DNA of 36,235 bases, taken from Candidatus Azambacteria bacterium RIFCSPHIGHO2_02_FULL_52_12 (GTDB taxonomy: Bacteria > Patescibacteriota > Minisyncoccia > GWC2-36-17 > WO2-46-25). The notes under the pieces are model-generated. The model did not search any database. It had not been told where the DNA came from and saw only the letters and a program-made list of their open reading frames with translations. Below are positions 11,458-17,871 of this stretch, in pieces (positions within the stretch are counted from its first letter, which is position 1; the number at the start of each line of letters is the position of its first letter). The position numbers and the translations under genes are program-made. The DNA is taken from positions 16,486 through 52,720 of the forward strand of contig MEYP01000006.1 of NCBI GenBank assembly GCA_001775835.1, in the 5' to 3' direction.

Positions 11458-13404
11458 ATGACGACTAATGAAGTACGGCAGAAATTCCTTGAATTCTTCC
11501 GAGAAAAAGGGCATGCCGTCATTCCCTCGGCTCCGCTCGTGCCCGACGACAAAACGGTGCTGTTCGTGACGGCCGGCATGCAACCGCTGGTGCCGTATTT
11601 GATGGGGGAGAGAAAGCACCCGCAGGGCGCGCGGCTTGCCAACTCGCAGAAATGCCTTCGCACGGATGATATTTTAGAAGTGGGGGACAATCGCCACCTC
11701 ACATTCTTTGAAATGCTCGGCAACTGGTCGCTGGGGGACCCGTCCGAACCGGACGCCAGCCCGACAGGGTCATCCGCCCGGCCAGGCCATTCGGACGGGT
11801 TCCGGCGGGGTATCGGCCGGGCGGGCTATTTCAAAAAAGAGTCCATTGCGTGGAGTTTTGAGCTTTTGACGTCAAAAAAATGGTTCGGCATCGATCCCGA
11901 AAAACTGTATGTCACCGTGTTTGAAGGAGATGCGACAATGGGTATCGCGCGCGACGACGAATCTATCGGTTACTGGAAAGAAGCATTCAAAACCGCGGGC
12001 ATAGATGCGAGTTTGGAAAACGGGCGCATTTCCGCCTATCCCAAAAAGAAAAATTGGTGGGAACTTGCCGGGTCGGGACCATGCGGGCCGGATACGGAGA
12101 TTTTCTACGATATGGGAAAAGAACATGACCCGGTATTTGGCGAACAATGCCATGCGAACTGCGACTGCGGGCGGTTTGTGGAAATCTGGAACAATGTGTT
12201 CATGGAATACGAAAAAAAGGCGGACGGTCCGCCGGTTGGCGGAGGTGGATATTCGTATGTACCGCTCGCGCAGAAAAACGTGGATACCGGCATGGGTCTT
12301 GAGCGCATCACGATGGTTTTACAAGGCGTTGAAACGGTATTTGAGATAGATGTTTTTAAAAAAATCATCGGGAGCATAGAGACAAAAAAAGTCCCCTACG
12401 AGAAAGAAGCGCGAAGATATCGCATCATTGCTGATCATCTGCGCGCGGCGGTGTTTCTGATCTCTGACGGCGTTGCACCTTCGAATGTGGAGCGAGGATA
12501 TATTCTGCGCAGTCTTTTGCGGCGTGCAATAGCGCAGGCGAGGATTTTGAATTTGCCGTTGCGTGATTTTCCAGTGAAACCGATTGAAAGAACACGCGAG
12601 TACTATAAAGAAAATTACCGACTTTCCGCGCTGCCGGCGATTATTGATATTGTAAAAAAAGAATTTGACGCGTTTCTGACGGCATTTGAGAAAGGGAGAA
12701 AAGAGGTTTTACGCATTGTCGGGAAAATACCCGAGGGCGGCGTGATACCCGCCAGAGACGCGTTCAATCTTCATCAGACATACGGTTTTCGGATTGAGTT
12801 GATGATTGATCTGGCAAAAGATTCCGGGCATACCGTGGATGAAAAAGGGTTCTGGGAAGAATACAAAAAGCACCAGGAGATTTCCCGCGCGGGATCAGAG
12901 AAAAAATTCGGCGGGCATGGTTTAATGCTGCAGACCGGTGAGCTGAAAGCGGCTGATGAAGAAGAGTTGAAAAAAGTGACGCGCCTGCACACGGCGACGC
13001 ATCTTTTGCAGGCGGCTTTGCGCAGGGTTTTGGGCGACCACGTGCACCAGATGGGTTCGGACATCACGGCAGAACGCCTGCGGTTCGACTTTTCGCACCC
13101 GCAAAAAATGACGGATGAGGAAAAAAAGAAGGTGGAAGAGGTGGTGAATAAGGAAATCCAAAAAGGACACGCGATGACCCATAAGGAAATGCCGATTGAC
13201 GAAGCGGAAAAAACCGGCGCATTGATGTTTCAAAAGGAAAAATACGGGAAAACGGTGAAAGTATATTCGGCCGGAGATTTCTCCAAAGAGCTCTGCGGAG
13301 GACCGCATGTGGCGAACACGAAAGAAGTGGGAACATTCAAAATCCTCAAAGAAGAGGCATCTTCCGCCGGCGTTCGTCGCATCCGCGCAACAGTTGTTGA
13401 TTGA
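11458..13404 (+). CDS. alaS: Alanine--tRNA ligase, short form lacking the C-terminal C-Ala/DHHA1 region
   Basis: The start is moved to MTTNEVRQKFLEFFREKGH because track start 11392 lies inside the terminator stem. The ORF has FEMLGNWSLGD...YFKKE, the editing-domain motifs HTATHLLQAAL and CGGPHV, and ends at ...RRIRATVVD. It is 648 aa. Confidence 0.9.
   Translation: MTTNEVRQKFLEFFREKGHAVIPSAPLVPDDKTVLFVTAGMQPLVPYLMGERKHPQGARLANSQKCLRTDDILEVGDNRHLTFFEMLGNWSLGDPSEPDASPTGSSARPGHSDGFRRGIGRAGYFKKESIAWSFELLTSKKWFGIDPEKLYVTVFEGDATMGIARDDESIGYWKEAFKTAGIDASLENGRISAYPKKKNWWELAGSGPCGPDTEIFYDMGKEHDPVFGEQCHANCDCGRFVEIWNNVFMEYEKKADGPPVGGGGYSYVPLAQKNVDTGMGLERITMVLQGVETVFEIDVFKKIIGSIETKKVPYEKEARRYRIIADHLRAAVFLISDGVAPSNVERGYILRSLLRRAIAQARILNLPLRDFPVKPIERTREYYKENYRLSALPAIIDIVKKEFDAFLTAFEKGRKEVLRIVGKIPEGGVIPARDAFNLHQTYGFRIELMIDLAKDSGHTVDEKGFWEEYKKHQEISRAGSEKKFGGHGLMLQTGELKAADEEELKKVTRLHTATHLLQAALRRVLGDHVHQMGSDITAERLRFDFSHPQKMTDEEKKKVEEVVNKEIQKGHAMTHKEMPIDEAEKTGALMFQKEKYGKTVKVYSAGDFSKELCGGPHVANTKEVGTFKILKEEASSAGVRRIRATVVD
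11740..11826 (+). repeat. 87-bp GC-rich palindromic element translated in-frame within alaS
   Basis: It encodes PSEPDASPTGSSARPGHSDGFRRGIGRAG between the GD and YFK residues. It has interleaved perfect 10-bp inverted repeats at 11739-48 / 11790-99 and 11774-83 / 11815-24. Its core resembles the reverse complement of the 61-bp element at 14011 and 14728. Confidence 0.85.
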
Positions 13405-13426
13405 AGACGCTATAGTGTGGTATATT
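13397..13426 (+). promoter_or_regulatory. hicBA promoter (leaderless geometry)
   Basis: TTGATT (13397-13402), an 18-bp spacer, then TGg-TATATT (13421-13426). The ATG at 13433 is 6 nt after the -10 box. The -35 region overlaps the alaS stop. Confidence 0.55.
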
Positions 13427-13432
13427 TTATCT

Positions 13433-13651
13433 ATGAAACAGGAATTTACAGCGGTCTATAAAAAGAGCGGAAAGTGGTACGTGGGGTGGGTGGAAGAGGT
13501 TTCCGGCGTGAATACGCAGGGGAAAACGCTCAAGGAAACAAAGGAAAATCTCCGCGAGGCGCTTTCTTTGGTGCTTGAGACGAACCGGATGTTGAGCAGA
13601 ATAGACGGGCGTCGGGCGATACGCGAACCGATCAGCGTTTTTGCGCGATGA
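13433..13651 (+). CDS. hicB: HicB-like antitoxin (72 aa)
   Basis: The start is the internal ATG of track ORF 13307..13651. MKQEFTAVYKKSGKWYVGWVEEVSGVNTQGKTLKETKENLREALSL fits the HicB/UPF0150 N-terminal fold pattern. An ATGA overlap couples it to hicA. Confidence 0.7.
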   Translation: MKQEFTAVYKKSGKWYVGWVEEVSGVNTQGKTLKETKENLREALSLVLETNRMLSRIDGRRAIREPISVFAR

Positions 13652-13842
13652 AGCGGGGAGATCTGATTTCGCATCTTGTACGCGAAGGATGCGTATTCAT
13701 CAGGGAGGGCGCTCGCCATAGCGTCTTTTTTAATCCGTTTACCAGGCGGACCTCCACGGTACCGCGGCATACGGAAGTAAATGACTTTCTTGCGCGGAAA
13801 ATTTGCCGCGATTTGGGCGTTGATAATGTGCGGAAAAAGTAG
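13648..13842 (+). CDS. hicA: HicA-family mRNA interferase toxin (64 aa)
   Basis: MKRGDLISHLVREGCVFIREGARHSVFFNP...TVPRHTEVNDFLARKICRDLGV matches the HicA pattern (G-x-H ... VP-x-H). Confidence 0.8.
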   Translation: MKRGDLISHLVREGCVFIREGARHSVFFNPFTRRTSTVPRHTEVNDFLARKICRDLGVDNVRKK

Positions 13843-13863
13843 TTGCGATGGTGATTTAACATT

Positions 13864-15096
13864 ATGCCTTTCATTGAACGAAAAGAATTTCAAAAATATC
13901 AGGAAACGATCATGGTTGCCGTATACAGTGACAGGGTTTCCGCGTATGCGATAGGGAAAAATGCGGCCGGATACAACATTGTCGCCGGCGCGACCGAAGA
14001 ACAGGAAGAAGCCCGCCTGAACCCCGTCCGAACGGATGTTCATCCGGGCGGGGATCCAATGGTCGGGCAGGGAGAATTAAATACGGGAAAAATAAAACTT
14101 AACTGCCAGAAGGCGCTGCAGCGGCTCCCGCGCGAACACATGAAAAGCGGTATGCCCGTCGTCTTCGCGCTGGGGCCGGGCGCTTCGGAATGCGCTTTTG
14201 TATCGATCGATGCGCGGCGCGAACAGAAAGACGCGATCATTTCCGAAAGCGAAGTGAAGTCCATTATCGAGAGATCGTACGGCCTTAAGGCATCCGAAAG
14301 CGGCAAGGCATCCCTCAATGTTCCCGCGGGTTTTCTTGTGGACGGATTCTCGGTGCCTGACCCCGTCGGTTTGAACGGCCAGAATATCACCGTCAATCTG
14401 GTCAGCGTCAGCGCTTCCCGGGCGCTCGAAGAATCGTTTTCCGACATCGCGTCGTCGTACGGCTTGCGGTATGGCGGCATGGTCAATATATGCGGCATGC
14501 TTGCCGATGCCATGCCGTTATTCACGCAGGATGCCGATTGCGTGGCGATGCTCGTTTTCGAGCGGGAGATCATTCTGGCGCTCGTGCGCGGGAAAAAAAT
14601 ATCCGCCATTGGAAAAGCGGACGGCGGATATGGTATACTAGAACAAGAAGCGGCACGATCGTTTTCGGTAGGAATCGAGGAGGCGAAGAATATTTTGCGC
14701 GCGTTCGAGAAAAAACAGACGGATGCCGCCCGCCTGAACCCCGTCCGAACGGATGTTCATCCGGGCGGGGATCCAATGGTCGGGCAGGCCGTCGCGGAAA
14801 AGATAAACGAGCTGTCCGCGCGCGTCGTTTCCGACATCGCGCGGCGCATCGGATCGGCGCTTCCCAAGCTTGATTTTGAACATCTGATTCCCGCGACATT
14901 CCTGGTTGCGCAGTTCGGAAATCTTTCGCACCTGTCGCAGGCGTTGATCGACAACCCGACCTGGCTTGCCCAGGCGCCGGTCGCGAGAAACGCAGGGGTC
15001 GCGCGCATGAGCCCGCTCAAACAGAACATTCAGGACGACAAAAAAGTGCTCGCGGACGGCGATGCATACATACTAACCGCGCTTATGCGATCATGA
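13864..15096 (+). CDS. FtsA/PilM-like actin-fold protein (degenerate nucleotide-binding motifs)
   Basis: The 410-aa ORF has segments resembling FtsA (VNLVSVSASRALEESFSDIASSYGLRYGGMVNICGMLADA; GGYGILEQEAARSFSVGIEEAKNIL). The phosphate-binding DxGGG-type motifs are not evident. It contains two identical 61-bp inserts. Confidence 0.5.
   Translation: MPFIERKEFQKYQETIMVAVYSDRVSAYAIGKNAAGYNIVAGATEEQEEARLNPVRTDVHPGGDPMVGQGELNTGKIKLNCQKALQRLPREHMKSGMPVVFALGPGASECAFVSIDARREQKDAIISESEVKSIIERSYGLKASESGKASLNVPAGFLVDGFSVPDPVGLNGQNITVNLVSVSASRALEESFSDIASSYGLRYGGMVNICGMLADAMPLFTQDADCVAMLVFEREIILALVRGKKISAIGKADGGYGILEQEAARSFSVGIEEAKNILRAFEKKQTDAARLNPVRTDVHPGGDPMVGQAVAEKINELSARVVSDIARRIGSALPKLDFEHLIPATFLVAQFGNLSHLSQALIDNPTWLAQAPVARNAGVARMSPLKQNIQDDKKVLADGDAYILTALMRS
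14011..14071 (+). repeat. 61-bp GC-rich palindromic element, copy 1 (in-frame)
   Basis: The sequence is gcccgcctgaaccccgtccgaacggatgttcatccgggcggggatccaatggtcgggcagg. It encodes ARLNPVRTDVHPGGDPMVGQ and is identical to 14728-14788. Confidence 0.95.
14728..14788 (+). repeat. 61-bp GC-rich palindromic element, copy 2 (in-frame)
   Basis: It is a perfect copy of 14011-14071, lying 717 bp (239 codons) downstream in the same gene. The flanks are unrelated. Confidence 0.95.
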
Positions 15097-16814
15097 AAAA
15101 AATACTCTACGTACATCCCGACGAAACCATCGCCTATCTCATTGACCGGATGGAAAATACCGATTCGGATACGCTTTTTATCGTCGCGGACGCCAACGCC
15201 GCGCTCTTTATGGATTCGGTGAACCTGAAATTGCTCAAGCGCGAAGCGGACGGATTCCGCAAGCAATGCGTCATCGTTTCCCAAGCCCCGGCTGTTCTCG
15301 CCATGGCGCGCGAGGCCGGGTTTGACACATCGTCGGAAGATATCGCTCCTGAAGAGTCCGGGTACCCGCCCGTACCGAATGAGTACGTTCGGGCGGGCGG
15401 CGTGCAGCATGAAGTACCCAGTTCGACGGATTCGGCGGGCTCACTGCAGGCGGAATCGGAAGAAGAAGTGCCGGTGCATGTCCGGTCCAGCGCTCCCGAG
15501 AGCGGTCTTTCCATGGCTTCCGGGCGTTTTGTTTCGCATGACGCGCCACCCTCCGGCACAGAGGCCGATGAAGAGATGCATTATGAGAACAGCCCCGAAG
15601 AATCCGAAGAAGCGGGAGCGGGTGGTGCGCGCGACTATCGTGACGCCCGAAAAGGGGCGCCCGGCATGCCGCTCAACTGGAAATTCCTTGGCGCGACGCT
15701 CGCGGGGGTGCTTGTCGTCGCTGTCGCCGGTTTCTATCTTTTTTCCCCTAAGCTGTCCGTTTCCATCGTTCCCAAGAAAGAAACGCTGAATTTTGATTTT
15801 CAGGTGGTTGGCGACCTTGCGTTGTCGAGCGTTAATCTGACGAAAGCGCGCATCCCCGGGCAGGTCGTCACCATCGCGCAAGAGCAATCCGATTCGTTTC
15901 CCGCTACGGGAAAACAAGACAAAGAAACCAAGGCGGAAGGGGAGATCGTTATTTACAACGCGTTCGGCGCGGGCATCCAGACGCTGGTGAAAAATACCCG
16001 TTTCAAAGCGAAAGACGGCAAGTTGTTCCGCCTGGTGAGCGCGGTGACGGTTCCCGGCGCGAAGATGGAAGGAGGGAAAGTCGCCACGCCGGGCACGGTG
16101 AACGCGCGCGTTGTGGCAGACCAGCCGGGCGCGGCGTACAATATCGATCCGACTGATTTTTCAATACCCGGATTTCAGGATACTCCCAAGTTCCTCGGTT
16201 TTTACGGGAAATCAACCAAGCCCATGAGCGGAGGCGGTTCAAGCAACGCGCGGTTCGCCACTCGGGAAGATCTGGACAAAGCGAAGGCGGCGCTTTCCGA
16301 TGCTCTTGCCAAAAGCGCCCAAAGCCATGTCGCGTCGCAGATTCCCAAAGGGCTCAAGGCCGTTTCCGAGGCATTCGCACAGGAGGCGCCCCAGTTGACT
16401 CCCGGTTCGGTTGACGCGGACGGGATGTTCAAAGCGACGCTCAAAACGACCTATACCATTTTCGCTTTTTCCGAGAATGATATCATCGCGCTGATAGACC
16501 ATACGGTATCGGGAAGGATCTCGGAACGGCGCAAGGCCATCCCGGAGACGCGCGTTATTTCTTATGTCGATGAAGTCGTCAGTCAGGACAAAAAGTCGTT
16601 CTCGTTTACGGCAAAAATAAGCGAGCTGGTGCTTGGCATCATAGACCACAACGACATGCGGCTCCTGTTGGCGGGCAAAAACGAGTCGGAGATCAGGCAG
16701 ATACTGGGCGCCAATGAATCCATTGAGGGAGCGGAAATAACGTTTTGGCCGTTGTGGGCTTCGGCGGCTCCGGCAAACCCCGACATGATAAAGGTTTTTG
16801 TGGATGAGTCTTGA
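15093..16814 (+). CDS. Single-pass membrane protein with acidic linker and large extracytoplasmic domain, hypothetical
   Basis: The 573-aa ORF is coupled by an ATGA overlap to the FtsA-like gene. It has an N-terminal cytoplasmic domain, a low-complexity E/S/P-rich linker, one TM helix (LGATLAGVLVVAVAGFYLF) and about 350 aa outside. Confidence 0.75.
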   Translation: MKKILYVHPDETIAYLIDRMENTDSDTLFIVADANAALFMDSVNLKLLKREADGFRKQCVIVSQAPAVLAMAREAGFDTSSEDIAPEESGYPPVPNEYVRAGGVQHEVPSSTDSAGSLQAESEEEVPVHVRSSAPESGLSMASGRFVSHDAPPSGTEADEEMHYENSPEESEEAGAGGARDYRDARKGAPGMPLNWKFLGATLAGVLVVAVAGFYLFSPKLSVSIVPKKETLNFDFQVVGDLALSSVNLTKARIPGQVVTIAQEQSDSFPATGKQDKETKAEGEIVIYNAFGAGIQTLVKNTRFKAKDGKLFRLVSAVTVPGAKMEGGKVATPGTVNARVVADQPGAAYNIDPTDFSIPGFQDTPKFLGFYGKSTKPMSGGGSSNARFATREDLDKAKAALSDALAKSAQSHVASQIPKGLKAVSEAFAQEAPQLTPGSVDADGMFKATLKTTYTIFAFSENDIIALIDHTVSGRISERRKAIPETRVISYVDEVVSQDKKSFSFTAKISELVLGIIDHNDMRLLLAGKNESEIRQILGANESIEGAEITFWPLWASAAPANPDMIKVFVDES

Positions 16815-16940
16815 CCCCTCACTTGGAAAGGATATTTGATGGGAATATGCCGTAATACACTTAACGTTTTTGACTAACGTATTTTGGGAACTTGGAAGGC
16901 ATGTCGCTTTGCGACAATCCTTTCCAAGTGAGGGGTTGAC
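16811..16940 (+). repeat. 130-bp TTGA-flanked inverted-repeat element, copy B
   Basis: The structure is TTGA-CCCCTCACTTGGAAAGGAT...ATCCTTTCCAAGTGAGGGG-TTGAC, a perfect 19-bp inverted repeat. The left TTGA contains the TGA stop of the upstream gene. An internal third arm-like copy, ACTTGGAAGG, lies at 16890-16899. Confidence 0.9.
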
Positions 16941-16978
16941 TTCTTTTCTATAATTTGTTACAAAGGATAGGCTCGTAT

Positions 16979-17197
16979 ATGGTACAAGAAAACATTCGCC
17001 AAGAAGGCGTGGTCCAGGAGAATCTGCCCAATACCCTTTTTCGCGTCAAGTTTCCCGATGAGACGGTCATCCTCGCTCATCTTTCCGGCAGAATGCGGCT
17101 GCATTACATCAAAATTTTGCCCGGCGACAGGGTTATCGTGGAAATAACCCCCTACGACAAAACAAAAGGAAGGATAGTGCAACGACTCAAACAATAA
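16979..17197 (+). CDS. infA: Translation initiation factor IF-1
   Basis: The 72-aa product starts at the internal ATG at 16979 ([25 protein letters not shown]...GRIVQRLKQ). AAAGGA lies upstream. Confidence 0.93.
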   Translation: MVQENIRQEGVVQENLPNTLFRVKFPDETVILAHLSGRMRLHYIKILPGDRVIVEITPYDKTKGRIVQRLKQ

Positions 17198-17279
17198 AAA
17201 GAGCAGAAGCAGGAGACGACATTTCCGGAAAAACCGGGGATGTCGCAAAATTATCGTTGTCAAGTTACAATGTCCCGTC

Positions 17280-17393
17280 ATGAAAATCAGAGCATCCGTA
17301 AAAAAAATATGCGCGAAGTGCAAATCTGTGCGAAGGTTCGGAAGGATCTATGTGCTCTGCGCGAATCCAAAACATAAACAAAGACAGAAATAG
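17280..17393 (+). CDS. rpmJ: 50S ribosomal protein L36
   Basis: This ORF is too short for the ORF track. Hand translation gives [37 protein letters not shown] (37 aa). The stop TAG is the first unit of the heptad array. Confidence 0.9.
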   Translation: MKIRASVKKICAKCKSVRRFGRIYVLCANPKHKQRQK

Positions 17394-17473
17394 AAACTAG
17401 AAATTAGAAAGTAGAATCTAGAACTAAGGAGTCCAAACTTCTATTTTCTAGATTCTAGCTTCTAGATTCCACA
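17391..17473 (+). repeat. Heptad palindrome: (TAGAAnn)x5, a spacer containing AAGGAG, then (TTCTAnn)x4-5
   Basis: The sequence is tagaaac tagaaat tagaaag tagaatc tagaact | aaggagtccaaac | ttctatt ttctaga ttctagc ttctaga ttccaca. For example, tagaatctagaa pairs perfectly with ttctagattcta. Confidence 0.9.
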
Positions 17474-17476
17474 ACT

Positions 17477-17863
17477 ATGCCCAGAATCGCCGGTATAAAC
17501 ATACCCGATAACAAACGAATAGAAATAGCGCTTGCCTATATTTACGGCATCGGCCCGACATTGGGGACGCACATCGTCACCCAGGTTGGCGTCGACCCGA
17601 ACAAGCGGGCCAACAAGCTGACCGCCGAAGAGCTCAACCGCATCAAAGAGTACATCGAAAAGCATTACAAGATAGAAGGGGATCTGAAGCGCGAGATTAT
17701 GCTGAACGTCAAACGGCTGAAAGACATCAAGGCGTATCGTGGCGTTCGGCACATGCGCGGGCTTCCCGTGCGGGGCCAGCGGACCAAAACCAATTCACGA
17801 ACGCGCCGTGGCAACACGAGAAAGACGGCGGGATCGGGAAGGAGATCGGTTGATAAGAAATAA
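17477..17863 (+). CDS. rpsM: 30S ribosomal protein S13
   Basis: The 128-aa ORF begins MPRIAGINIPDNKRIEIALAYIYGIGP and contains YRGVRHMRGLPVRGQRTKTN. Confidence 0.95.
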   Translation: MPRIAGINIPDNKRIEIALAYIYGIGPTLGTHIVTQVGVDPNKRANKLTAEELNRIKEYIEKHYKIEGDLKREIMLNVKRLKDIKAYRGVRHMRGLPVRGQRTKTNSRTRRGNTRKTAGSGRRSVDKK

Positions 17864-17871
17864 GGGCTTTC

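Noticed and set aside
16936-16964. TTGACT at the right end of element B as the functional -35 box of infA.
   Set aside because: The result is ambiguous, not a clear rejection. With a 17-bp spacer it pairs only with the weak TGtTACAAA, which would exclude the AAAGGA upstream of infA from the transcript. A perfect TATAAT (16949-16954) lies only 7 bp from it. I therefore did not list it as a promoter feature.
17426-17431. AAGGAG as the Shine-Dalgarno sequence for rpsM.
   Set aside because: It lies 45 nt upstream of the rpsM ATG and sits in the centre (loop) of the heptad palindrome. No start codon follows it at SD spacing.
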